A stretch of DNA of 64,000 nt, from positions 64,001 through 128,000 of the forward strand of contig CAVUPH010000017.1 of NCBI GenBank assembly GCA_963743305.1, in the 5' to 3' direction. Under the pieces are notes generated by a model that ran no database searches, was not told where the DNA came from, and worked only from the letters and a program-made list of their open reading frames with translations. Position numbers and translations under genes: made by a program. This stretch comes from an uncultured delta proteobacterium (GTDB lineage: Bacteria > Desulfobacterota > RBG-13-43-22). Shown here one piece after another: positions 1 to 9,733 of the stretch. How positions within the stretch are numbered: the first letter of the stretch is position 1; every line of letters begins with the position of its first letter.

Positions 1-366
1 ACCATAACGCATAATCCGGTCCGGTTTCAGCCGGCGGGTCGGGTTCTCCACCTCTCCGGATTCCCCGATCAGTGTCCCCAAGTTGTTGCAATAATATTCC
101 ATGACAAAAAACGGCGTTCCCTCAACTTCATCAAAATCCCAGACTGCCAAGAGGTTGGGATGACGCAGTCTGGACATGATAACGGCCTCGTTGATAAAGC
201 GTTTCTTCAGCTCCTTTTCTCCCAGGAGGCTTATCAGAATCGGATGGGGGTGAAGTAGTTTCAAGGCCATTATTTTTTCGATCACCGGCAGCCGCACCTT
301 GTAAACCAGGGCCATGCCGCCGCGCCCCAAAAGCCCACAGATTTCATATCGTCCTATTCTGCGCAT
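1..366 (-). CDS. Hanks-type Ser/Thr protein kinase, N-terminal part (runs off the window)
   Basis: Manual translation from ATG 366: MRRIGRYEICGLLGRGGMALVYKV...MALKLLHP...RFINEAVIMSRLRHPNLLAVWDF...PFFVMEYY. It shows the Gly-rich loop, ALK lysine and HPN motif. Not in the ORF track. Confidence 0.88.
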   Translation of the reverse strand, partial: MRRIGRYEICGLLGRGGMALVYKVRLPVIEKIMALKLLHPHPILISLLGEKELKKRFINEAVIMSRLRHPNLLAVWDFDEVEGTPFFVMEYYCNNLGTLIGESGEVENPTRRLKPDRIMRYG

Positions 367-397
367 TCTATTTTCTTATTCATAACTTAAAGGACGC

Positions 398-706
398 TTC
401 GCCCTTTTGGGTGGGTAGTCCCTAGATCTGGTATGGCCGCGGGGTCTTGGCCAAAGGGTTTTCCAAAGGTACTCCGGACTTCGAATCCGGGCCTAACTTG
501 CTAATTTTATTTAAAGCAGGCCCATACTCAGTGTATTTTAATATCTTCTTGGCTAGCCCTATCTTCTGGAAACTTTGAATGTCAGGGGGCCGGGTTAGAA
601 CCTAAAAAGCAATATGGAAAGCCCTTTCGCCAAGACCCCGCGGCCACGGAGACCCGATTTCAGGTTAATCTACTATATATTATGGCCACCCACCCAAAAG
701 GGCGAA
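398..706. repeat. ~310-bp structured intergenic element, copy 1 (MITE-like or structured RNA)
   Basis: 19-bp perfect terminal inverted repeat TTCGCCCTTTTGGGTGGGT (398-416 / 688-706). Inner 32-bp inverted repeat at 434-465 / 615-646. Homologous along its length to 50565-50882. Confidence 0.9.
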
Positions 707-713
707 TAACCAC

Positions 714-1439
714 TTAAAAAAGTCGCCGGGCGTTGTATTCCGGAAAACCCAGGCCCAAAATTTTTTCGGCGGTTCTGGCTATATTATAGGTTACGTAGCG
801 CAGTTCGAGGGTGGAGGAGCGACTATCCCAGATCACATACTTGGCCTGGTTGTTGCCATCCCGGGGCTGGCCCACACTCCCCACGTTGACCAGATATTTG
901 ACCCCCTCGCGCAGGAGAAAGAGCCCGCGTTTGAAGGGGAGGTTCGTGATGCCCTGACCCTCGGAGGCGATGAGATGCAGGTCGTGGGTGTGACCGATAA
1001 AGCATATCCTTTCCGGCAGGGCCGCCAAAATTCGATGGATTTCCTGGTCGGGGACTTCGTAAAGATAGGTGGTGATCGAATCGGGCGGAAAGCCGTGGAC
1101 GAACCGGCAGTCCTGGTCCAACAGGAAGGGGCTGAGCCCTTTGAAATAGTTCAGTGACTCTTGCGATAACAAGCGCCGGGTTATCCCTAAGGAGATCCGG
1201 GTGGGCTTGTTGAACCAGCCCAGATAGCTGGGATCGACCAGACCCAGTTCGTGATTGCCCATGACCACGGGAATTTTCAGCGCCCGGATTTCCCGAATAA
1301 CTTCCTCCGGTTCCGGTCCGTACCCCACGCAATCGCCCAGGCAGAACAGGGAATCAATCCGGTTTCGATCCATATCGGCCAAGACTTTTTTGAGGGCGTC
1401 CCAATTGCCATGAATATCCGAGAAGACGGCCAACCGCAT
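714..1439 (-). CDS. Calcineurin-like metallophosphoesterase (YfcE/PrpA-like)
   Basis: Motifs SDIHGN, LGDCVGYG, GNHE, VHG, GHTH, NVGSVGQPRDG. Confidence 0.92.
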   Translation of the reverse strand: MRLAVFSDIHGNWDALKKVLADMDRNRIDSLFCLGDCVGYGPEPEEVIREIRALKIPVVMGNHELGLVDPSYLGWFNKPTRISLGITRRLLSQESLNYFKGLSPFLLDQDCRFVHGFPPDSITTYLYEVPDQEIHRILAALPERICFIGHTHDLHLIASEGQGITNLPFKRGLFLLREGVKYLVNVGSVGQPRDGNNQAKYVIWDSRSSTLELRYVTYNIARTAEKILGLGFPEYNARRLF

Positions 1440-1614
1440 GGTTTATATTATCCCAGAGAACCCTTAAAAGTAATCAAAAAATAATGTAATCTTTGGTTAG
1501 AAAGGGTTCAAGCAGAACGGAGTGTTGGCCGAAGAAAGACCTGGCAGGGGAGTGCGCGTTCCGTGTATAATACACTTAGGCGGATTCCCCGGCCCGTTTG
1601 AGAAAGGATGGTTT

Positions 1615-4350
1615 ATGATGAATAAAATGCAGCCCCTTTACTACCCTCCCCCGTATCAGGATTCCGCCGCCTATGGGCGGCTGATTTTGCGGGACGGTTC
1701 CACGGCCTCTATTCACGTCGCCACGCCCAAAGACCAGCAGGCCCTTCGTGATTTTTTTGAACGGCTTTCTCCGGAGTCCCGCTACCAGCGGTTTTTCAGT
1801 TTTCGTTTGCCGGACGATCAACTCATTGCCACCTTATGTGATTCCTCCAATCCTCGGGAATGCCTGACCCTGATCGTCACCCGGATCATCGAGGGCGCCC
1901 CCCGCGTCATCGCCACGGGGTCCTATGTTCTGGCGGAGCCGAAAAAGGCGGAGGTGGGGGTAGCGGCCGCCGATCAATTCCAGGGCAAAGGTCTGGCTAC
2001 GCTGCTCTTGGAGCGGCTCTCTCTGCTGGCGGTCCGCAACGGCATCCTGCGCTTTCAAGCGGTGACCCACGCCGACAATCGGCGTATGCTGGAAATATTT
2101 CAACATTCGGGTTTTCTTTTAGAGCAGCAGGCCAACCAGGGCCTGATCGATATCGAGCTCTCGGTCCAGTCCGGAGAGGACAGCGTGACTCGATCGGAAT
2201 TACGGGACCGCGTTTACACCACCGCCTCCTTGCTTCCTTTTTTTCGTCCCAATGCCGTGGCGGTGATCGGGGCCTCCCGGAGGGAATCCAGCCTGGGGTT
2301 TATGGTGGTGGAATCTCTGATGACCAACCGGTTTCAAGGTCCGGTATATCCGGTGAATCCCAAGGCCGAGGTGATCTACTCCATCCGAGCCTCCCATTCG
2401 GTCCGGGAACTGCCTGAGCAGGTGGATTTGGCCGTAGTGGTCGTCCCCAAGGAAGCGGTGTTGCAGGTGGTCGATGATTGTGCCGCCCTCGGGGTGCGGG
2501 CCTTGATCGTCATCACCGCTGGCTATGCCGAAGAGGGTGCTGACGGCCGTCTATTGCAGGAGGCCCTGGTGGAAAAAGTCCGAGGCTACGGCATGCGGCT
2601 GGTGGGGCCCAACTGCCTGGGGCTGATGAACACCGATCCTGAAATTCGAATGAACGCCTCCTTTTCCCCCATTTTCCCTCCGGCCGGGAGGATCGCCATG
2701 TCTTCCCAGAGCGGGGCCTTGGGGCTGGCCATCCTGGGGTTTACCAAGCAATTGAACCTGGGGCTTTCCAAGTTCATTAGTATCGGCAATAAAGCGGATG
2801 TTACCGGGAACGACCTCCTTCAATATTGGGAAGGGGACCCTCATACCGATGTGATCCTCCTCTACCTGGAATCGTTCGGTAATCCCCGCCGCTTTGCCCG
2901 AATTGCCCGCCGGGTCAGCCGATCGAAGCCCATCGTAGCCGTAAAAAGCGGAAGGACCACGGCCGGGAAGCGGGCAGCCGGATCCCACACCGCGGCACTG
3001 GCCGCCAGCGAGGTGGCCGTCGAAGCCCTTTTCCACCAAACCGGAGTTATCCGGGCCGAAACGCTGGAAGAGATGTTCGACCTGGCGGCCGTCCTGGGTA
3101 GCCAACCGTTGCCCCCCGGCCGGCGGGTAGCCATTGTCACCAACGCCGGAGGCCCGGGGATCCTCTGCGCCGATACCTGTGAAGCGGGGGGAATGAAGGT
3201 TTCGGAACTTACCGGAAAAATCCAGGCCGATCTGCGAGCCGTTATTCCCAAAGCCGCCAGCCTCGGGAATCCCGTCGACATGATCGCTTCGGCGACCCCC
3301 GAAGAATACCAAAAGGCCATTGAGGTTTTGCTTTCGGCCGAGGAAGTGGATGCCTTGATCGTCATTTATATTCCGGTCATTGCCGAGACCGAAACCGTCT
3401 CTCGGGCGATTTATCGAGGGGTCTCGGCGGCCCGGGCCGCCGGCGCCGTCTCTAAACCGGTGCTGGCCTGCATGATGGTCGGGGAGGGGTTGACCGGTTC
3501 CCTGAAATTGGGAGAGGAGACCATCCCGACCTTCGCCTTTCCGGAAGCAGTCGCCCGGGTCTTAACCCGGGTGGCGGAGTATGCCGAGTGGCGCCGTCTC
3601 CCCATAGGCATGTATCCGGATTTTGAAGACCTGGAGGTTGAACCGGTCCGGGCGATCTGCCAACAGGCTATCCGAGAGCGGGGAGCCGGCTGGCTCACGG
3701 CCGAAGAAATCCAAAGGATTTTTAAGGCGGTCGGGTTGCCGCAGGCCCCCGGCGGATTGGCCCGAACGGCCGAAGAAGCCGCGGAGCTGGCCGAAAAAAT
3801 GGGGTTTCCGGTGGCCGCCAAGCTGTCCTCCCTGGAGATCGTCCATAAAACCGAAGTAGGCGGAGTCCATTTGAACTTAGCCGATAAGGCCGCTGTTCGA
3901 GAGGCTTTTTTATCCATACAGTCGACCCTGGAGGCCTCCGGAAATCTTCAGGCGCTGGAAGGCGTCTGGATTCAGTCCATGATCTCCGGAGGGGTGGAGA
4001 TCATGGTGGGCGTCACCGAAGACCCGGTTTTCGGTCCCCTGGTGGCCTTTGGGCTGGGGGGAATTCATGTCGAAGTCCTGGGTGATGTGCGCTTTCGGGT
4101 AACCCCGCTCACCGATCGGGACGCCCGGGAGTTGGTCCGGGAGATCCGCGGATTTAAGCTCTTGACCGGCTACCGGGGGAGTCCACCGGCGGATATCGAA
4201 GCCCTGGAGGAGGTCCTGCTCCGGGTGTCGCGTCTGGTGGAAGAGGTCCCGGAAATAACGGATTTGGATTTAAATCCCCTCTTGACCCGGCCTCCCGGCG
4301 AAGGCTGTCTGATCGTCGATGCCCGGATTCGGGTGGAGACCAGGCCCTAG
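1615..4350 (+). CDS. GNAT + NDP-forming acyl-CoA synthetase fusion (Pat-like, N-terminal GNAT)
   Basis: N-terminal GNAT (QGKGLATLLL), CoA-binding domain (VAVIGAS, GPNCLG, SQSGA, SHTAAL), ATP-grasp (HKTEVGGV, DLNPL). Start moved to ATG 1615 after the GAAAGGA RBS. Confidence 0.9.
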   Translation: MMNKMQPLYYPPPYQDSAAYGRLILRDGSTASIHVATPKDQQALRDFFERLSPESRYQRFFSFRLPDDQLIATLCDSSNPRECLTLIVTRIIEGAPRVIATGSYVLAEPKKAEVGVAAADQFQGKGLATLLLERLSLLAVRNGILRFQAVTHADNRRMLEIFQHSGFLLEQQANQGLIDIELSVQSGEDSVTRSELRDRVYTTASLLPFFRPNAVAVIGASRRESSLGFMVVESLMTNRFQGPVYPVNPKAEVIYSIRASHSVRELPEQVDLAVVVVPKEAVLQVVDDCAALGVRALIVITAGYAEEGADGRLLQEALVEKVRGYGMRLVGPNCLGLMNTDPEIRMNASFSPIFPPAGRIAMSSQSGALGLAILGFTKQLNLGLSKFISIGNKADVTGNDLLQYWEGDPHTDVILLYLESFGNPRRFARIARRVSRSKPIVAVKSGRTTAGKRAAGSHTAALAASEVAVEALFHQTGVIRAETLEEMFDLAAVLGSQPLPPGRRVAIVTNAGGPGILCADTCEAGGMKVSELTGKIQADLRAVIPKAASLGNPVDMIASATPEEYQKAIEVLLSAEEVDALIVIYIPVIAETETVSRAIYRGVSAARAAGAVSKPVLACMMVGEGLTGSLKLGEETIPTFAFPEAVARVLTRVAEYAEWRRLPIGMYPDFEDLEVEPVRAICQQAIRERGAGWLTAEEIQRIFKAVGLPQAPGGLARTAEEAAELAEKMGFPVAAKLSSLEIVHKTEVGGVHLNLADKAAVREAFLSIQSTLEASGNLQALEGVWIQSMISGGVEIMVGVTEDPVFGPLVAFGLGGIHVEVLGDVRFRVTPLTDRDARELVREIRGFKLLTGYRGSPPADIEALEEVLLRVSRLVEEVPEITDLDLNPLLTRPPGEGCLIVDARIRVETRP

Positions 4351-4355
4351 CCCTA

Positions 4356-5348
4356 ATGCTTGGCGGTTCAAAATCCAAATATTTTTGGTTCGTGTTGAGC
4401 GGGATATTGGCCGGGCTCTCTCCGGCTTACGGGCAGGCCCTGCGCCAGGCGACTTTTATTCCTCAATGGATCCCGCAAGCCCAGTTCGCGGGATATTATG
4501 TGGCTTACGAAAAGGGGTATTATCGGGAAAAGGGGATCGATCTTCAGCTCCTCAAGGGCGGACCGGAACGGCCTCCTTCGGAATGGCTGGAAAAGGGGTT
4601 GGCCGATTTCGGGTCCTTGATGCTTTCCCAGGCCATCAAGAAGAGGGCCGAAGGGGTTAAGTTGGTCAACATCGGGCAGATCATCCAGAAATCCTCCCTG
4701 ATGCTGGTGGCCAAGAAATCCAGGGGGATCCGAACGGTGCCGGATCTCCAGGGTAAAAAAATAGGGCTCTGGGAAACGGAGTTTCAAATTCAGCCCAGGG
4801 CCTTCTTTAAAATGCAGGGCCTGAAAATCATTCCGGTCAGGCAATCGGAGTCCGTGAATTTATTCCTGCGCGGGGCCGTGGACGCCGCCTCCGCCACCTG
4901 GTATAACGAATACCACCTGATCCTGAACGCCGGGTTAAACCCGGAGGAAGTGACTCCCTTTTTTTTCTCGGATTACGGCTTGAACTTTCCGGAGGACGGA
5001 TTGTATTGCCTGGAAAAGACCTGGCAAAAAGATCCCGCTTTGGCCTGCCGCTTTGTCCAGGCCTCCATCGACGGCTGGCGGGAGGCCTTCGATCATCCGG
5101 AAGAAGCGTTGGATATAGTCATGAAATATGCCCGGGAGGCCAAAACGGCCACCAACCGGGCCCACCAGAAATGGATGCTCCTGCGGATGAAAGACTTGAT
5201 CCAACCACGGGCGTCTCGGCACCCCCTGGGGTTATTGTCGGCCGAGGCGTATGCCCTGGTCGGGCAGACCATGCTTCGACAGCAGGTGATCGCCGTCCTT
5301 CCGCCCTTCGAAGATTTTTTTAAGAACTGTTTCGACCGTGCGCAATAA
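4356..5348 (+). CDS. NMT1/THI5-like periplasmic substrate-binding protein
   Basis: Signal peptide; QWIPQAQFAGYYVAYEKGYY and DLQGKKIG motifs. Confidence 0.85.
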   Translation: MLGGSKSKYFWFVLSGILAGLSPAYGQALRQATFIPQWIPQAQFAGYYVAYEKGYYREKGIDLQLLKGGPERPPSEWLEKGLADFGSLMLSQAIKKRAEGVKLVNIGQIIQKSSLMLVAKKSRGIRTVPDLQGKKIGLWETEFQIQPRAFFKMQGLKIIPVRQSESVNLFLRGAVDAASATWYNEYHLILNAGLNPEEVTPFFFSDYGLNFPEDGLYCLEKTWQKDPALACRFVQASIDGWREAFDHPEEALDIVMKYAREAKTATNRAHQKWMLLRMKDLIQPRASRHPLGLLSAEAYALVGQTMLRQQVIAVLPPFEDFFKNCFDRAQ

Positions 5349-7296
5349 AAGTCTAACCTTCAAGCTGGTCTTTTTGATCCTTTCCAGCGTCCTGCTCATT
5401 TTCTCCGCGGCTTTTGGTTACGATTATTATCGCTCCCGAAAGGCCCTGCTTCAGTCGGTGGAGGAAAACGCTTTAAACTTGACGGGGTCCACGGTGAACC
5501 GGATTGAGACCGTCCTCTTCGGGATCCAGAAAATTCCTCAACAAATGGCCACCTGGATGGAGACCGGACTTTGCCGGGGGACCGAGATTCAGAAGATCAT
5601 CCACACCGCGCTGATCGGCAACCCGGAAATTTTCGGGTCGACGGTGGCCTTTGAACCCTATGCTTTTCAGCCCGAGAAACGGTTTTATGCTCCCTACGGG
5701 TATCGGGAAAAAGATCAATCCATCAAGACCTTATTTTTGGGTAGTGAGGACTATCAGTATTTTTACTGGGACTGGTACCAGCTCCCCAAGGAATTGAACC
5801 ACGCGGTCTGGAGCGAGCCCTACTACGACGAGGGCGGCGGCCGGATTATCATGACCACCTATTCGGTGCCCTTCAATAAAATCGTGGGAGGGCACCGATC
5901 CTTGCAAGGGGTGGTGACGGCCGATGTTTCCCTGTCCTGGCTGAAGGAAATCGTGTCGGCGGTAAAAATATTCGAAAGCGGCTATGCTTTTTTGGTTTCC
6001 CAAAACGGGGTATTCATCACCCATCCCCGTGAAGAGTTGATCCTGCGCGAAAGCCTGTTCAGCCTGGCGGAGAGCCGCGGGGATCCGGGTTTAAGGGAAA
6101 TCGGTCGGGCCATGATTCGAGGGGAACAGGGTTTTGTCAAAGTCCGGGATTTTGTCAGCGGAAAAGAATCCCGATTGGCGTACGCCCCGCTGTCCTCCTC
6201 CGGCTGGTCGCTGGGGATTATTTTTCCGGAAAACGAGCTTTATGCCGGTTTACGGCGACTGGAGCGAGGGGTGCTGTTGATCGGTTTGCTCGGACTGGGG
6301 CTGCTGGTGGTGGCGATTGCCGTGATTGCCGGGACCATCACCAGACCTTTACGCTTTTTGGCCCGCCAAAGCCAGGAAATCTCGCGGGGAAATTTGAACA
6401 TTGATTTGCCCGTGCCGGTCAACCAGGATGAAATCGGCCGACTGACCCGATCCTTCGGTGAAATGCGGGACTCCCTGAGGGAATACATCAGCCATTTGGC
6501 CGAAGTCACGGCCGCCAAGGAGCGGATCGAAAGCGAACTGAAGATCGCCCGGACCATCCAGCAGAGTTTTTTGCCCAAACATTTTCCGCCGGCGGAGGGG
6601 AAAGACCCCTTTGAAGTGTATGCCCTCCTGGAACCGGCCAAGGAGGTAGGCGGGGATTTTTACGACTTCTTTTGGGTGGACCCCGAGCATTATTGTTTGA
6701 CGGTGGGTGACGTGTCCGGGAAGGGGGTGCCCTCCGCGCTCTATATGGCGGTTACCAAAACACTTCTGAAAGGCCTGACCCGACCGGGCCGGGACCCGGC
6801 GGAAATTTTAAAGCGGGTCAATCAGGAGCTTTGCCGGGATAATGAAGCTACCATGTTTGTTACGGTTTTCCTGGGTATCCTCGCTGTTCGAACCGGGGTC
6901 TTCACTTATTCCAATGCCGGTCATCTTCCTCCGATTCTGGTACGGGCGGGGCGGGAGCCCGAGTGGCTGCCCCTGCCCAAAGGACTGGTGTTGGGGGGCC
7001 TGGACCAATCTACGTATCAATCCCAAACGGTTCTATTGGAACCGGGTGACCACCTGGTCTTGTATACCGACGGGGTGACGGAGGCCGTAAACGGGGAATC
7101 CGAGCTCTATTCCACCCGACGTTTGCTGGAAACGGTCCGGGGAGCGAGCCAGGAATCCATCGCCCAAAGACTCCAGCGTCTGTTGGCTGCGGTCAGGTCC
7201 TTCGCGGGCGATACCCCCCAGGCGGATGATATCACTCTGTTGGGGGTTACCTTGAAGGAAATCCCTTTCCCCCAAATGGATAGAAAGGAGGAATGA
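5338..7296 (+). CDS. Cache-HAMP-SpoIIE (PP2C, RsbU/RsbP-like) sensor phosphatase
   Basis: Two TM segments, Cache domain (WSEPYYDEGG), HAMP (DEIGRL), PP2C motifs VGGDFYD, GDVSGKG, NAGH, YTDGVTEA, DDIT. Confidence 0.93.
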   Translation: MRNKSLTFKLVFLILSSVLLIFSAAFGYDYYRSRKALLQSVEENALNLTGSTVNRIETVLFGIQKIPQQMATWMETGLCRGTEIQKIIHTALIGNPEIFGSTVAFEPYAFQPEKRFYAPYGYREKDQSIKTLFLGSEDYQYFYWDWYQLPKELNHAVWSEPYYDEGGGRIIMTTYSVPFNKIVGGHRSLQGVVTADVSLSWLKEIVSAVKIFESGYAFLVSQNGVFITHPREELILRESLFSLAESRGDPGLREIGRAMIRGEQGFVKVRDFVSGKESRLAYAPLSSSGWSLGIIFPENELYAGLRRLERGVLLIGLLGLGLLVVAIAVIAGTITRPLRFLARQSQEISRGNLNIDLPVPVNQDEIGRLTRSFGEMRDSLREYISHLAEVTAAKERIESELKIARTIQQSFLPKHFPPAEGKDPFEVYALLEPAKEVGGDFYDFFWVDPEHYCLTVGDVSGKGVPSALYMAVTKTLLKGLTRPGRDPAEILKRVNQELCRDNEATMFVTVFLGILAVRTGVFTYSNAGHLPPILVRAGREPEWLPLPKGLVLGGLDQSTYQSQTVLLEPGDHLVLYTDGVTEAVNGESELYSTRRLLETVRGASQESIAQRLQRLLAAVRSFAGDTPQADDITLLGVTLKEIPFPQMDRKEE

Positions 7297-7299
7297 TTA

Positions 7300-8610
7300 T
7301 TGGAACCCAAGGCCCAGGCTGAAGTCATACTCAGTGTGTTCCCCGATCCGGCTTTTATTCCCCTGGTGACGGCCTTCCTGGAGAATTCCGCTCAGGCCCA
7401 GGGGTTGGCCCGGAAAGAAGCCTTGGCCCTGACCTTGGCGGGGGAAGAGGTGTTTACTTACCTGTGCCCTCTGCTGCAGCCCGGGGAACATCTGGAAGTC
7501 CGTAGTGTTAAAGGCGGCTATTATGTACGAGCTGATTTCATTTTTACCGCGCGGGAGTTGAATCTGAGGGCTTTCAACCTCGCCAGCACCGTCTCGCTGG
7601 AAGACGAGGCCGGTCTGAATGAACTGGGACTATTGATTGCTTCCCGCTCGGTAGACCAGTTCACCCTAACCCGGAATCGGAACCGGATACAATTAAGTCT
7701 GCTCAAGGAGAAGGCCTATCCTCGGGGGGAAAGCGGTCAGGCGCCTCTTCCCGGCCCGGTTGAGACCTATACCATCAAAAGCCCCAACACCGCCGCACTC
7801 AAGTGGCTGGCCCAGCAGATTGGGGAGGGCTACTCGTCGTTGGAACTGCCGGCCTCGTTTCGGTATCCCGGTAAATTGGTGGACATGGTGGAAAGCCAGG
7901 CCTTCCAGGCCGCCCTGGCCGAAGGTCCGGCCGGCGAAGTGTCCGGTGGGGTGGTCTGGCATTGGGTTGGAGAACGAACCGTGGAGTGTTTCGGCCCCTA
8001 TATTTTTCCTCCAGGGTCCAGTCCGGCCATGGCTGAAGCCTTGATCGATGCCTGTTTGGCTTCCCTGGCCCGAACCCCGGCCGTGGGTCTAATCAACCGC
8101 TGGCCGACCCTCGATTTCCCCCGAAACTATTTTGAAGCCCTGGGAACGCTTTTCGATCAGGAAACGGGCGGCGTCTTAAGAGAAACACCCCATTATTTTC
8201 GCCAGCTTACCGAGGATCCGGGGTGCGCGGTCTGGTCGGCCCCTGAGCTGGAACCTTTTTTAAAGGAAGAATATCGTCGTCTGGTCCTCCCCCGGGAAAT
8301 TCGCCTGGTCAGACCCTGGGGTGAAAGTCGAGCGGAGTTTTCCGTACTGGCCTCGGCCCTGGATCGTACCCGAAAGACGGTCACCTTACGACCGGTCCTG
8401 ACCGGAGCTGACATCGAGGAGAATATTCGCAGGCACCGGCGATTATTTCAAGGGGAAAAGATCATCTATTGTTATCTGGAATTGGATCTAGGACAACCCT
8501 GGCAGGCGGATTTCGCGGGGCCCTTGCTCCTTAACGGTTTTATCCCCCGCCTGATTATCCCCTACGGCGGTGTGGGGGACCTGGTGATCTTTCAATGGAG
8601 GAATGTCTGA
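7300..8610 (+). CDS. Hypothetical protein: degenerate RsbW/HATPase-like N-terminus plus GNAT-like region
   Basis: ALTLAGEEVF and ELGLLIASRSVDQF resemble RsbW LAVEEVAIN and GLGIYLARKVVDRI. Translationally coupled on both sides. Confidence 0.55.
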   Translation: MEPKAQAEVILSVFPDPAFIPLVTAFLENSAQAQGLARKEALALTLAGEEVFTYLCPLLQPGEHLEVRSVKGGYYVRADFIFTARELNLRAFNLASTVSLEDEAGLNELGLLIASRSVDQFTLTRNRNRIQLSLLKEKAYPRGESGQAPLPGPVETYTIKSPNTAALKWLAQQIGEGYSSLELPASFRYPGKLVDMVESQAFQAALAEGPAGEVSGGVVWHWVGERTVECFGPYIFPPGSSPAMAEALIDACLASLARTPAVGLINRWPTLDFPRNYFEALGTLFDQETGGVLRETPHYFRQLTEDPGCAVWSAPELEPFLKEEYRRLVLPREIRLVRPWGESRAEFSVLASALDRTRKTVTLRPVLTGADIEENIRRHRRLFQGEKIIYCYLELDLGQPWQADFAGPLLLNGFIPRLIIPYGGVGDLVIFQWRNV

Positions 8611-9733
8611 GATGCCGTTCCCTCCTCTGGACCGTCTGGTCCCTGAATATGTTAAACATTTTGAAGCCTACATCCCCAGCCGGCCCGATGAGGAGTTGAA
8701 GAAGCTTTACGGCTGCTCCCGTCTCTTACGCCTCAATAACAATGAGAATCCTTTGGGGCCTCCCCCGGAGGCCCAGGCGATCATCCACCGTTTTCCGCCG
8801 CCTCGGGCTTCCATCTACCCCAGCGGCGATTCGTTTTACCTGCGGGGCCATCTGGCGGAGAAATTCGGACTCCATCCGGACCAGTTTCTGGTAGGCAACG
8901 GGGCCAACGAGGTGATCACCTTTGTCATCAAGGCTTTCTGCCAGGAAGGGGACAATATCGTCACCGCCGATCGGACCTTTTCCGTTTACGAATGGGTGGC
9001 GGAGTTTTCCGGCGTTGAGGCCCGACTGGTCCCGCTTAAGGATTTTGGGTTTGATGAGGCGGCCCTGCTCCGGCGAAAGGATGACCGGACCAAAATTTTC
9101 TTTATCTGTAATCCCAACAATCCGACCGGAACCTATTGGGATGAAGATCGTCTCCGGGTTTTTCTGGATCGTCTTCAGGGCCGGCAGATCGTGGTGCTGG
9201 ACGAGGCGTATTTTGAATTCGTGGAAAAGGACGATTTTCCGGACGGAATCAAACTGCTGGGTGAATACCCCAACCTGGTGGTCTTTCGTACTTTTTCCAA
9301 GATGTATGCGCTGGCCGGGCTGCGGATCGGTTTTCTGGCCGGCGACCGGCAGGTGGTGGACACCATTCGGAAAACCTGCGTGGTCTATTCGGTGAACGCC
9401 CTGGCCCAGGAAGCGGCCCTGGCGGCTCTCAAGGATCCGGAGCACCTCCCGCGAACCCGGGCGATGGTCAGAACCGGGAAAGAATTTTTGTTGAAAGAAC
9501 TGGAGTTATTGAAGCTTCCCTTCATCTCCGGCGAGGGCAATTTCTTGATGGTCAAGCTGCCCATGAGCGACAGCCTGGCTTATCGCCGGCTGATGACCCA
9601 GGGGGTTATGGTCCGGACCATGACCGGCTTCCGGTTTCCGAATTATATCCGCGTGACCCTATCCAGTTTAGAGGTTCTGGAGGTCCTGGTAGCGTCTTTG
9701 CACCGCCTGTTGAAGGGATCGGTCGATGGCTGA
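8603..9733 (+). CDS. HisC-family (class I/II) PLP aminotransferase
   Basis: LNNNENP, GNGANE, CNPNNPTG, DEAY, RTFSKMYALAGLRIG (PLP lysine). Confidence 0.9.
   Translation: MSEMPFPPLDRLVPEYVKHFEAYIPSRPDEELKKLYGCSRLLRLNNNENPLGPPPEAQAIIHRFPPPRASIYPSGDSFYLRGHLAEKFGLHPDQFLVGNGANEVITFVIKAFCQEGDNIVTADRTFSVYEWVAEFSGVEARLVPLKDFGFDEAALLRRKDDRTKIFFICNPNNPTGTYWDEDRLRVFLDRLQGRQIVVLDEAYFEFVEKDDFPDGIKLLGEYPNLVVFRTFSKMYALAGLRIGFLAGDRQVVDTIRKTCVVYSVNALAQEAALAALKDPEHLPRTRAMVRTGKEFLLKELELLKLPFISGEGNFLMVKLPMSDSLAYRRLMTQGVMVRTMTGFRFPNYIRVTLSSLEVLEVLVASLHRLLKGSVDG

Noticed and set aside
398-706. Element as an integron attC site
   Set aside because: It has AAC near one end but no RYYYAAC/GTTRRRY pair bounding the stem, it is too long, and no integrase is present.
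1541-1571. Sigma54 or sigma70 promoter before the operon
   Set aside because: GG-GC spacing is 9 rather than 10, and the TATAAT has no properly spaced -35 box.
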